A program made the position numbers and the translations under genes. A stretch of DNA of 64,000 nt from Auanema rhodensis (taxonomy: Eukaryota; Animalia; Nematoda), in the NCBI GenBank assembly GCA_964057225.1, contig OZ059896.1, positions 5,208,001-5,272,000 on the forward strand, read 5' to 3'. Shown in pieces: positions 11,701 through 26,700 of this stretch. The notes under the pieces are model-generated. The model was not told the DNA's origin. It made no database searches and worked only from the letters and a program-made list of their open reading frames with translations. How positions within the stretch are numbered: position 1 is the first letter of the stretch; each line of letters begins with the position of its first letter.

Positions 11701-14700
11701 AATTTTGGAAACCGCATCTCTTTATCTTTCACGTGAAGCGAGTTACATACCAAGTGCACATCACGTGTACATTTAATTAGCATAAATTAAAGTTCACGTA
11801 AATTTCAAAGTCATGGTTACCATGAACCAATATCAATAAAAATTTGTTTTTAGACTAATATGGACATGGGGAATCTAATTTCGAAAACCGCATCTATTCA
11901 TCTTTCACGTGAAGCGAGTTACATACCAAGTGCACATCACGTGTACATTTAATTAGCATAAATTAAAGTTCACGTAAATTTCAAAGTCATGGTTACCATG
12001 AACCAATATCAATAAAAATTTGTTTTTAGACTAATATGGACATGGGGAATCTAATTTTGAAAACCGCATCTCTTTATCTTTCACGTGAAGCGAGTTACAT
12101 ACCAAGTGCACATCACGTGTACATTTAATTAGCATAAATTAAAGTTCACGTAAATTTCAAAGTCATGGTTACCATGAACCAATATCAATAAAAATTTGTT
12201 TTTAGACTAATATGGACATGAGGAATCTAATTTTGAAAACCGCATCTCTTTATCTTTCACGTGAAGCGAGTTACATACCAAGTGCACATCACGTGTACAT
12301 TTAATTAGCATAAATTAAAGTTCACGTAAATTTCAAAGTCATGGTTACCATGAACCAATATCAATAAAAATTTGTTTTTAGACTAATATGGACATGGGGA
12401 ATCTAATTTTGAAAACCGCATCTCTTTATCTTTCACGTGAAGCGAGTTACATACCAAGTGCACATCACGTGTACATTTAATTAGCATAAATTAAAGTTCA
12501 CGTAAATTTCAAAGTCATGGTTACCATGAACCAATATCAATAAAAATTTGTTTTTAGACTAATATGGACATGAGGAATCTAATTTTGAAAACCGCATCTC
12601 TTTATCTTTCACGTGAAGCGAGTTACATACCAAGTGCACATCACGTGTACATTTAATTAGCATAAATTAAAGTTCACGTAAATTTCAAAGTCATGGTTAC
12701 CATGAACCAATATCAATAAAAATTTGTTTTTAGACTAATATGGACATGGGGAATCTAATTTTGAAAACCGCATCTCTTTATCTTTCACGTGAAGCGAGTT
12801 ACATACCAAGTGCACATCACGTGTACATTTAATTAGCATAAATTAAAGTTCACGTAAATTTCAAAGTCATGGTTACCATGAACCAATATCAATAAAAATT
12901 TGTTTTTAGACTAATATGGACATGGGGAATCTAATTTTGAAAACCGCATCTCTTTATCTTTCACGTGAAGCGAGTTACATACCAAGTGCACATCACGTGT
13001 ACATTTAATTAGCATAAATTAAAGTTCACGTAAATTTCAAAGTCATGGTTACCATGAACCAATATCAATAAAAATTTGTTGTTAGACTAATATGGACATG
13101 GGGAATCTAATTTTGAAAACCACATCTCTTTATCTTTCACGTGAAGCGAGTTACATACCAAGTGCACATCACGTGTACATTTAATTAGCATAAATTAAAG
13201 TTCACGTAAATTTCAAAGTCATGGTTACCATGAACCAATATCAATAAAAATTTGTTTTTAGACTAATATGGACATGGGGAATCTAATTTTGAAAACCGCA
13301 TCTCTTTATCTTTCACGTGAAGCGAGTTACATACCAAGTGCACATCACGTGTACATTTAATTAGCATAAATTAAAGTTCACGTAAATTTCAAAGTCATGG
13401 TTACCATGAACCAATATCAATAAAAATTTGTTTTTAGACTAATATGGACATGGGGAATCTAATTTCGAAAACCGCATCTATTCATCTTTCACGTGAAGCG
13501 AGTTACATACCAAGTGCACATCACGTGTACATTTAATTAGCATAAATTAAAGTTCACGTAAATTTCAAAGTCATGGTTACCATGAACCAATATCAATAAA
13601 AATTTGTTTTTAGACTAATATGGACATGGGGAATCTAATTTTGGAAACCGCATCTCTTTATCTTTCACGTGAAGCGAGTTACATACCAAGTGCACATCAC
13701 GTGTACATTTAATTAGCATAAATTAAAGTTCACGTAAATTTCAAAGTCATGGTTACCATGAACCAATATCAATAAAAATTTGTTTTTAGACTAATATGGA
13801 CATGAGGAATCTAATTTTGAAAACCGCATCTCTTTATCTTTCACGTGAAGCGAGTTACATACCAAGTGCACATCACGTGTACATTTAATTAGCATAAATT
13901 AAAGTTCACGTAAATTTCAAAGTCATGGTTACCATGAACCAATATCAATAAAAATTTGTTTTTAGACTAATATGGACATGGGGAATCTAATTTTGAAAAC
14001 CGCATCTCTTTATCTTTCACGTGAAGCGAGTTACATACCAAGTGCACATCACGTGTACATTTAATTAGCATAAATTAAAGTTCACGTAAATTTCAAAGTC
14101 ATGGTTACCATGAACCAATATCAATAAAAATTTGTTTTTAGACTAATATGGACATGAGGAATCTAATTTTGAAAACCGCATCTCTTTATCTTTCACGTGA
14201 AGCGAGTTACATACCAAGTGCACATCACGTGTACATTTAATTAGCATAAATTAAAGTTCACGTAAATTTCAAAGTCATGGTTACCATGAACCAATATCAA
14301 TAAAAATTTGTTTTTAGACTAATATGGACATGGGGAATCTAATTTTGAAAACCGCATCTCTTTATCTTTCACGTGAAGCGAGTTACATACCAAGTGCACA
14401 TCACGTGTACATTTAATTAGCATAAATTAAAGTTCACGTAAATTTCAAAGTCATGGTTACCATGAACCAATATCAATAAAAATTTGTTTTTAGACTAATA
14501 TGGACATGGGGAATCTAATTTTGAAAACCGCATCTCTTTATCTTTCACGTGAAGCGAGTTACATACCAAGTGCACATCACGTGTACATTTAATTAGCATA
14601 AATTAAAGTTCACGTAAATTTCAAAGTCATGGTTACCATGAACCAATATCAATAAAAATTTGTTGTTAGACTAATATGGACATGGGGAATCTAATTTTGA

Positions 14701-17700
14701 AAACCACATCTCTTTATCTTTCACGTGAAGCGAGTTACATACCAAGTGCACATCACGTGTACATTTAATTAGCATAAATTAAAGTTCACGTAAATTTCAA
14801 AGTCATGGTTACCATGAACCAATATCAATAAAAATTTGTTTTTAGACTAATATGGACATGGGGAATCTAATTTTGAAAACCGCATCTCTTTATCTTTCAC
14901 GTGAAGCGAGTTACATACCAAGTGCACATCACGTGTACATTTAATTAGCATAAATTAAAGTTCACGTAAATTTCAAAGTCATGGTTACCATGAACCAATA
15001 TCAATAAAAATTTGTTTTTAGACTAATATGGACATGGGGAATCTAATTTTGAAAACCGCATCTCTTTATCTTACACGTGAAGCGAGTTACATACCAAGTG
15101 CACATCACGTGTACATTTAATTAGCATAAATTAAAGTTCACGTAAATTTCAAAGTCATGGTTACCATGAACCAATATCAATAAAAATTTGTTTTTAGACT
15201 AATATGGACATGAGGAATCTAATTTTGAAAACCGCATCTCTTCATCTTTCACGTGAAGCGAGTTACATACCAAGTGCACATCACGTGTACATTTAATTAG
15301 CATAAATTAAAGTTCACGTAAATTTCAAAGTCATGGTTACCATGAACCAATATCAATAAAAATTTGTTTTTAGACTAATATGGACATGGGTAATCTAATT
15401 TTGAAAACCGCATCTCTTTATCTTTCACGTGAAGCGAGTTACATACCAAGTGCACATCACGTGTACATTTAATTAGCATAAATTAAAGTTCACGTAAATT
15501 TCAAAGTCATGGTTACCATGAACCAATATCAATAAAAATTTGTTGTTAGACTAATATGGACATGGGGAATCTAATTTTGAAAACCGCATCTCTTTATCTT
15601 TCACGTGAAGCGAGTTACATACCAAGTGCACATCACGTGTACATTTAATTAGCATAAATTAAAGTTCACGTAAATTTCAAAGTCATGGTTACCATGAACC
15701 AATATCAATAAAAATTTGTTTTTAGACTAATATGGACATGGGGAATCTAATTTTGAAAACCGCATCTCTTCATCTTTCACGTGAAACGAGTTACATACCA
15801 AGTGCCCATCACGTGTACATTAAATTAGCATAAATTAAAGTTCACGTAAATTTCAAAGTCATGGTTACCATGAACCAATATCAATAAAAATTTGTTTTTA
15901 GACTAATATGGACATGGGGAATCTAATTTTGAAAACCGCATCTCTTTATCTTTCACGTGAAGCGAGTTACATACCAAGTGCACATCACGTGTACATTTAA
16001 TTAGCATAAATTAAAGTTCACGTAAATTTCAAAGTCATGGTTACCATGAACCAATATCAATAAAAATTTGTTTTTAGACTAATATGGACATGAGGAATCT
16101 AATTTTGAAAACCGCATCTCTTCATCTTTCACGTGAAGCGAGTTACATACCAAGTGCACATCACGTGTACATTTAATTAGCATAAATTAAAGTTCACGTA
16201 AATTTCAAAGTCATGGTTACCATGAACCAATATCAATAAAAATTTGTTTTTAGACTAATATGGACATGGGTAATCTAATTTTGAAAACCGCATCTCTTTA
16301 TCTTTCACGTGAAGCGAGTTACATACCAAGTGCACATCACGTGTACATTTAATTAGCATAAATTAAAGTTCACGTAAATTTCAAAGTCATGGTTACCATG
16401 AACCAATATCAATAAAAATTTGTTGTTAGACTAATATGGACATGGGGAATCTAATTTTGAAAACCGCATCTCTTTATCTTTCACGTGAAGCGAGTTACAT
16501 ACCAAGTGCACATCACGTGTACATTTAATTAGCATAAATTAAAGTTCACGTAAATTTCAAAGTCATGGTTACCATGAACCAATATCAATAAAAATTTGTT
16601 TTTAGACTAATATGGACATGGGGAATCTAATTTTGAAAACCGCATCTCTTTATCTTTCACGTGAAGCGAGTTACATACCAAGTGCACATCACGTGTACAT
16701 TTAATTAGCATAAATTAAAGTTCACGTAAATTTCAAAGTCATGGTTACCATGAACCAATATCAATAAAAATTTGTTTTTAGACTAATATGGACATGGGGA
16801 ATCTAATTTTGAAAACCGCATCTCTTTATCTTTCACGTGAAGCGAGTTACATACCAAGTGCACATCACGTGTACATTTAATTAGCATAAATTAAAGTTCA
16901 CGTAAATTTCAAAGTCATGGTTACCATGAACCAATATCAATAAGAATTTGTTGTTAGACTAATATGGACATGGGGAATCTAATTTTGAAAACCACATCTC
17001 TTTATCTTTCACGTGAAGCGAGTTACATACCAAGTGCACATCACGTGTACATTTAATTAGCATAAATTAAAGTTCACGTAAATTTCAAAGTCATGGTTAC
17101 CATGAACCAATATCAATAAAAATTTGTTTTTAGACTAATATGGACATGGGGAATCTAATTTTGAAAACCGCATCTCTTTATCTTTCACGTGAAGCGAGTT
17201 ACATACCAAGTGCACATCACGTGTACATTTAATTAGCATAAATTAAAGTTCACGTAAATTTCAAAGTCATGGTTACCATGAACCAATATCAATAAAAATT
17301 TGTTTTTAGACTAATATGGACATGGGGAATCTAATTTCGAAAACCGCATCTATTCATCTTTCACGTGAAGCGAGTTACATACCAAGTGCACATCACGTGT
17401 ACATTTAATTAGCATAAATTAAAGTTCACGTAAATTTCAAAGTCATGGTTACCATGAACCAATATCAATAAAAATTTGTTTTTAGACTAATATGGACATG
17501 GGGAATCTAATTTTGGAAACCGCATCTCTTTATCTTTCACGTGAAGCGAGTTACATACCAAGTGCACATCACGTGTACATTTAATTAGCATAAATTAAAG
17601 TTCACGTAAATTTCAAAGTCATGGTTACCATGAACCAATATCAATAAAAATTTGTTTTTAGACTAATATGGACATGAGGAATCTAATTTTGAAAACCGCA

Positions 17701-20700
17701 TCTCTTTATCTTTCACGTGAAGCGAGTTACATACCAAGTGCACATCACGTGTACATTTAATTAGCATAAATTAAAGTTCACGTAAATTTCAAAGTCATGG
17801 TTACCATGAACCAATATCAATAAAAATTTGTTTTTAGACTAATATGGACATGAGGAATCTAATTTTGAAAACCGCATCTCTTTATCTTTCACGTGAAGCG
17901 AGTTACATACCAAGTGCACATCACGTGTACATTTAATTAGCATAAATTAAAGTTCACGTAAATTTCAAAGTCATGGTTACCATGAACCAATATCAATAAA
18001 AATTTGTTTTTAGACTAATATGGACATGAGGAATCTAATTTTGAAAACCGCATCTCTTTATCTTTCACGTGAAGCGAGTTACATACCAAGTGCACATCAC
18101 GTGTACATTTAATTAGCATAAATTAAAGTTCACGTAAATTTCAAAGTCATGGTTACCATGAACCAATATCAATAAAAATTTGTTTTTAGACTAATATGGA
18201 CATGGGGAATCTAATTTTGAAAACCGCATCTCTTTATCTTTCACGTGAAGCGAGTTACATACCAAGTGCACATCACGTGTACATTTAATTAGCATAAATT
18301 AAAGTTCACGTAAATTTCAAAGTCATGGTTACCATGAACCAATATCAATAAAAATTTGTTTTTAGACTAATATGGACATGGGGAATCTAATTTTGAAAAC
18401 CGCATCTCTTTATCTTTCACGTGAAGCGAGTTACATACCAAGTGCACATCACGTGTACATTTAATTAGCATAAATTAAAGTTCACGTAAATTTCAAAGTC
18501 ATGGTTACCATGAACCAATATCAATAAAAATTTGTTGTTAGACTAATATGGACATGGGGAATCTAATTTTGAAAACCACATCTCTTTATCTTTCACGTGA
18601 AGCGAGTTACATACCAAGTGCACATCACGTGTACATTTAATTAGCATAAATTAAAGTTCACGTAAATTTCAAAGTCATGGTTACCATGAACCAATATCAA
18701 TAAAAATTTGTTTTTAGACTAATATGGACATGGGGAATCTAATTTTGAAAACCGCATCTCTTTATCTTTCACGTGAAGCGAGTTACATACCAAGTGCACA
18801 TCACGTGTACATTTAATTAGCATAAATTAAAGTTCACGTAAATTTCAAAGTCATGGTTACCATGAACCAATATCAATAAAAATTTGTTTTTAGACTAATA
18901 TGGACATGGGGAATCTAATTTTGAAAACCGCATCTCTTTATCTTACACGTGAAGCGAGTTACATACCAAGTGCACATCACGTGTACATTTAATTAGCATA
19001 AATTAAAGTTCACGTAAATTTCAAAGTCATGGTTACCATGAACCAATATCAATAAAAATTTGTTTTTAGACTAATATAGACATGAGGAATCTAATTTTGA
19101 AAACCGCATCTCTTCATCTTTCACGTGAAGCGAGTTACATACCAAGTGCACATCACGTGTACATTTAATTAGCATAAATTAAAGTTCACGTAAATTTCAA
19201 AGTCATGGTTACCATGAACCAATATCAATAAAAATTTGTTTTTAGACTAATATGGACATGGGTAATCTAATTTTGAAAACCGCATCTCTTTATCTTTCAC
19301 GTGAAGCGAGTTACATACCAAGTGCACATCACGTGTACATTTAATTAGCATAAATTAAAGTTCACGTAAATTTCAAAGTCATGGTTACCATGAACCAATA
19401 TCAATAAAAATTTGTTGTTAGACTAATATGGACATGGGGAATCTAATTTTGAAAACCGCATCTCTTTATCTTTCACGTGAAGCGAGTTACATACCAAGTG
19501 CACATCACGTGTACATTTAATTAGCATAAATTAAAGTTCACGTAAATTTCAAAGTCATGGTTACCATGAACCAATATCAATAAAAATTTGTTTTTAGACT
19601 AATATGGACATGGGGAATCTAATTTTGAAAACCGCATCTCTTCATCTTTCACGTGAAACGAGTTACATACCAAGTGCCCATCACGTGTACATTAAATTAG
19701 CATAAATTAAAGTTCACGTAAATTTCAAAGTCATGGTTACCATGAACCAATATCAATAAAAATTTGTTTTTAGACTAATTTGGACATGGGGAATCTAATT
19801 TTGAAAACCGCATCTATTTATCTTTCACGTGAAGCGAGTTACATACCAAGTGCACATCACGTGTACATTTAATTAGCATAAATTAAAGTTCACGTAAATT
19901 TCAAAGTCATGGTTACCATGAACCAATATCAATAAAAATTTGTTTTTAGACTAATATGGACATGGGGAATCTAATTTTGAAAACCGCATCTCTTCATCTT
20001 TCACGTGAAGCGAGTTACATACCAAGTGCACATCACGTGTACATTTAATTAGCAAAAATTAAAGTTAACGTAAATTTCAAAGTCATGGTTACCATGAACC
20101 AATATCAATAAAAATTTGTTTTTAGACTAATATGGACATGGGGAATCTAATTTTGAAAACCGCATCTCTTTATCTTTCACGTGAAGCGAGTTACATACCA
20201 AGTGCACATCACGTGTACATTTAATTAGCATAAATTAAAGTTCACGTAAATTTCAAAGTCATGGTTACCATGAACCAATATCAATAAAAATTTGTTTTTA
20301 GACTAATATGGACATGGGGAATCTAATTTCGAAAACCGCATCTATTTATCTTTCACGTGAAGCGAGTTACATACCAAGTGCACATCACGTGTACATTTAA
20401 TTAGCATAAATTAAAGTTCACGTAAATTTCAAAGTCATGGTTACCATGAACCAATATCAATAAAAATTTGTTTTTAGACTAATTTGGACATGGGGAATCT
20501 AATTTCGAAAACCGCATCTATTTATCTTTCACGTGAAGCGAGTTACATACCAAGTGCACATCACGTGTACATTTAATTAGCATAAATTAAAGTTCACGTA
20601 AATTTCAAAGTCATGGTTACCATGAACCAATATCAATAAAAATTTGTTTTTAGACTAATTTGGACATGGGGAATCTAATTTTGAAAACCGCATCTATTTA

Positions 20701-23700
20701 TCTTTCACGTGAAGCGAGTTACATACCAAGTGCACATCACGTGTACATTTAATTAGCATAAATTAAAGTTCACGTAAATTTCAAAGTCATGGTTACCATG
20801 AACCAATATCAATAAAAATTTGTTTTTAGACTAATTTGGACATGGGGAATCTAATTTTGGAAACCGCATCTATTTATCTTTCACGTGAAGCGAGTTACAT
20901 ACCAAGTGCACATCACGTGTACATTTAATTAGCATAAATTAAAGTTCACGTAAATTTTAAAGTCATGGTTACCATGAACCAATATCAATAAAAATTTGTT
21001 TTTAGACTAATATGGACATGGGGAATCTAATTTTGAAAACCGCATCTCTTTATCTTTCACGTGAAGCGAGTTACATACCAAGTGCACATCACGTGTACAT
21101 TTAATTAGCATAAATTAAAGTTCACGTAAATTTCAAAGTCATGGTTACCATGAACCAATATCAATAAAAATTTGTTTTTAGACTAATATGGACATGGGGA
21201 ATCTAATTTCGAAAACCGCATCTCTTTATCTTTGACGTGAAGCGAGTTACATACCAAGTGCACATCACGTGTACATTTAATTAGCATAAATTAAAGTTCA
21301 CGTAAATTTCAAAGTCATGGTTACCATGAACCAATATCAATAAAAATTTGTTTTTAGACTAATATGGACATGGGGAATCTAATTTCAAAAACCGCATCTA
21401 TTTATCTTTCACGTGAAGCGAGTTACATACCAAGTGCACATCACGTGTACATTTAATTAGCATAAATTAAAGTTCACGTAAATTTCAAAGTCATGGTTAC
21501 CATGAACCAATATCAATAAAAATTTGTTTTTAGACTAATTTGGACATGGGGAATCTAATTTTGAAGACCGCATCTATTTATCTTTCACGTGAAGCGAGTT
21601 ACATACCAAGTGCACATCACGTGTACATTTAATTAGCATAAATTAAAGTTCACGTAAATTTCAAAGTCATGGTTACCATGAACCAATATCAATAAAAATT
21701 TGTTTTTAGACTAATATGGACATGGGGAATCTAATTTTGAAAACCGCATCTCTTTATCTTTCACGTGAAACGAGTTACATACCAAGTGCCCATCACGTGT
21801 ACATTAAATTAGCATAAATTAAAGTTCACGTAAATTTCAAAGTCATGGTTACCATGAACCAATATCAATAAAAATTTGTTTTTAGACTAATTTGGACATG
21901 GGGAATCTAATTTTGAAAACCGCATCTATTTATCTTTCACGTGAAGCGAGTTACATACCAAGTGCACATCACGTGTACATTTAATTAGCATAAATTAAAG
22001 TTCACGTAAATTTCAAAGTCATGGTTACCATGAACCAATATCAATAAAAATTTGTTTTTAGACTAATATGGACATGGGGAATCTAATTTTGAAAACCGCA
22101 TCTCTTCATCTTTCACGTGAAGCGAGTTACATACCAAGTGCACATCACGTGTACATTTAATTAGCAAAAATTAAAGTTAACGTAAATTTCAAAGTCATGG
22201 TTACCATGAACCAATATCAATAAAAATTTGTTTTTAGACTAATATGGACATGGGGAATCTAATTTTGAAAACCGCATCTCTTTATCTTTCACGTGAAGCG
22301 AGTTACATACCAAGTGCACATCACGTGTACATTTAATTAGCATAAATTAAAGTTCACGTAAATTTCAAAGTCATGGTTACCATGAACCAATATCAATAAA
22401 AATTTGTTTTTAGACTAATATGGACATGGGGAATCTAATTTCGAAAACCGCATCTATTTATCTTTCACGTGAAGCGAGTTACATACCAAGTGCACATCAC
22501 GTGTACATTTAATTAGCATAAATTAAAGTTCACGTAAATTTCAAAGTCATGGTTACCATGAACCAATATCAATGAAAATTTGTTTTTAGACTAATTTGGA
22601 CATGGGGAATCTAATTTCGAAAACCGCATCTATTTATCTTTCACGTGAAGCGAGTTACATACCAAGTGCACATCACGTGTACATTTAATTAGCATAAATT
22701 AAAGTTCACGTAAATTTCAAAGTCATGGTTACCATGAACCAATATCAATAAAAATTTGTTTTTAGACTAATTTGGACATGGGGAATCTAATTTTGAAAAC
22801 CGCATCTATTTATCTTTCACGTGAAGCGAGTTACATACCAAGTGCACATCACGTGTACATTTAATTAGCATAAATTAAAGTTCACGTAAATTTCAAAGTC
22901 ATGGTTACCATGAACCAATATCAATAAAAATTTGTTTTTAGACTAATTTGGACATGGGGAATCTAATTTTGAAAACCGCATCTATTTATCTTTCACGTGA
23001 AGCGAGTTACATACCAAGTGCACATCACGTGTACATTTAATTAGCATAAATTAAAGTTCACGTAAATTTTAAAGTCATGGTTACCATGAACCAATATCAA
23101 TAAAAATTTGTTTTTAGACTAATATGGACATGGGGAATCTAATTTTGAAAACCGCATCTCTTTATCTTTCACGTGAAGCGAGTTACATACCAAGTGCACA
23201 TCACGTGTACATTTAATTAGCATAAATTAAAGTTCACGTAAATTTCAAAGTCATGGTTACCATGAACCAATATCAATAAAAATTTGTTTTTAGACTAATA
23301 TGGACATGGGGAATCTAATTTCGAAAACCGCATCTCTTTATCTTTCACGTGAAGCGAGTTACATACCAAGTGCACATCACGTGTACATTTAATTAGCATA
23401 AATTAAAGTTCACGTAAATTTCAAAGTCATGGTTACCATGAACCAATATCAATAAAAATTTGTTTTTAGACTAATATGGACATGGGGAATCTAATTTCGA
23501 AAACCGCATCTATTTATCTTTCACGTGAAGCGAGTTACATACCAAGTGCACATCACGTGTACATTTAATTAGCATAAATTAAAGTTCACGTAAATTTCAA
23601 AGTCATGGTTACCATGAACCAATATCAATAAAAATTTGTTTTTAGACTAATTTGGACATGGGGAATCTAATTTTGAAAACCGCATCTATTTATCTTTCAC

Positions 23701-26700
23701 GTGAAGCGAGTTACATACCAAGTGCACATCACGTGTACATTTAATTAGCATAAATTAAAGTTCACGTAAAGTTCAAAGTCATGGTTACCATGAACCAATA
23801 TCAATAAAAATTTGTTTTTAGACTAATATGGACATGGGGAATCTAATTTCGAAAACCGCATCTATTTATCTTTCACGTGAAGCGAGTTACATACCAAGTG
23901 CACATCACGTGTACATTTAATTAGCATAAATTAAAGTTCACGTAAATTTCAAAGTCATGGTTACCATGAACCAATATCAATAAAAATTTGTTTTTAGACT
24001 AATTTGGACATGGGGAATCTAATTTTGAAAACCGCATCTATTTATCTTTCACGTGAAGCGAGTTACATACCAAGTGCACATCACGTGTACATTTAATTAG
24101 CATAAATTAAAGTTCACGTAAATTTCAAAGTCATGGTTACCATGAACCAATATCAATAAAAATTTGTTTTTAGACTAATATGGACATGGGGAATCTAATT
24201 TCGAAAACCGCATCTATTTATCTTTCACGTGAAGCGAGTTACATACCAAGTGCACATCACGTGTACATTTAATTAGCATAAATTAAAGTTCACGTAAATT
24301 TCAAAGTCATGGTTACCATGAACCAATATCAATAAAAATTTGTTTTTAGACTAATTTGGACATGGGGAATCTAATTTTGAAAACCGCATCTATTTATCTT
24401 TCACGTGAAGCGAGTTACATACCAAGTGCACATCACGTGTACATTTAATTAGCATAAATTAAAGTTCACGTAAATTTCAAAGTCATGGTTACCATGAACC
24501 AATATCAATAAAAATTTGTTTTTAGACTAATATGGACATGGGGAATCTAATTTTGGAAACCGCATCTCTTTATCTTTCACGTGAAGCGAGTTACATACCA
24601 AGTGCACATCACGTGTACATTTAATTAGCATAAATTAAAGTTCACGTAAATTTCAAAGTCATGGTTACCATGAACCAATATCAATAAAAATTTGTTTTTA
24701 GACTAATATGGACATGGGGAATCTAATTTTGAAAACCGCATCTCTTTATCTTTCACGTGAAGCGAGTTACATACCAAGTGCACATCACGTGTACATTTAA
24801 TTAGCATAAATTAAAGTTCACGTAAATTTCAAAGTCATGGTTACCATGAACCAATATCAATAAAAATTTGTTTTTAGACTAATATGGACATGGGGAATCT
24901 AATTTCGAAAACCGCATCTCTTTATCTTTCACGTGAAGCGAGTTACATACCAAGTGCACATCACGTGTACATTTAATTAGCATAAATTAAAGTTCACGTA
25001 AATTTCAAAGTCATGGTTACCATGAACCAATATCAATAAAAATTTGTTTTTAGACTAATATGGACATGGGGAATCTAATTTCGAAAACCGCATCTATTTA
25101 TCTTTCACGTGAAGCGAGTTACATACCAAGTGCACATCACGTGTACATTTAATTAGCATAAATTAAAGTTCACGTAAATTTCAAAGTCATGGTTACCATG
25201 AACCAATATCAATAAAAATTTGTTTTTAGACTAATATGGACATGGGGAATCTAATTTCGAAAACCGCATCTATTTATCTTTCACGTGAAGCGAGTTACAT
25301 ACCAAGTGCACATCACGTGTACATTTAATTAGCATAAATTAAAGTTCACGTAAATTTCAAAGTCATGGTTACCATGAACCAATATCAATAAAAATTTGTT
25401 TTTAGACTAATTTGGACATGGGGAATCTAATTTCGAAAACCGCATCTATTTATCTTTCACGTGAAGCGAGTTACATACCAAGTGCACATCACGTGTACAT
25501 TTAATTAGCATAAATTAAAGTTCACGTAAATTTCAAAGTCATGGTTACCATGAACCAATATCAATAAAAATTTGTTTTTAGACTAATTTGGACATGGGGA
25601 ATCTAATTTCGAAAACCGCATCTATTTATCTTTCACGTGAAGCGAGTTACATACCAAGTGCACATCACGTGTACATTTAATTAGCATAAATTAAAGTTCA
25701 CGTAAATTTCAAAGTCATGGTTACCATGAACCAATATCAATAAAAATTTGTTTTTAGACTAATATGGACATGGGGAATCTAATTTCGAAAACCGCATCTA
25801 TTTATCTTTCACGTGAAGCGAGTTACATACCAAGTGCACATCACGTGTACATTTAATTAGCATAAATTAAAGTTCACGTAAATTTCAAAGTCATGGTTAC
25901 CATGAACCAATATCAATAAAAATTTGTTTTTAGACTAATTTGGACATGGGGAATCTAATTTCGAAAACCGCATCTATTTATCTTTCACGTGAAGCGAGTT
26001 ACATACCAAGTGCACATCACGTGTACATTTAATTAGCATAAATTAAAGTTCACGTAAATTTCAAAGTCATGGTTACCATGAACCAATATCAATAAAAATT
26101 TGTTTTTAGACTAATTTGGACATGGGGAATCTAATTTCGAAAACCGCATCTATTTATCTTTCACGTGAAGCGAGTTACATACCAAGTGCACATCACGTGT
26201 ACATTTAATTAGCATAAATTAAAGTTCACGTAAATTTCAAAGTCATGGTTACCATGAACCAATATCAATAAAAATTTGTTTTTAGACTAATATGGACATG
26301 GGGAATCTAATTTTGAAAACCGCATCTATTTATCTTTCACGTGAAGCGAGTTACATACCAAGTGCACATCACGTGTACATTTAATTAGCATAAATTAAAG
26401 TTCACGTAAATTTCAAAGTCATGGTTACCATGAACCAATATCAATAAAAATTTGTTTTTAGACTAATATGGACATGGGGAATCTAATTTCGAAAACCGCA
26501 TCTATTTATCTTTCACGTGAAGCGAGTTACATACCAAGTGCACATCACGTGTACATTTAATTAGCATAAATTAAAGTTCACGTAAATTTCAAAGTCATGG
26601 TTACCATGAACCAATATCAATAAAAATTTGTTTTTAGACTAATTTGGACATGGGGAATCTAATTTTGAAAACCGCATCTATTTATCTTTCACGTGAAGCG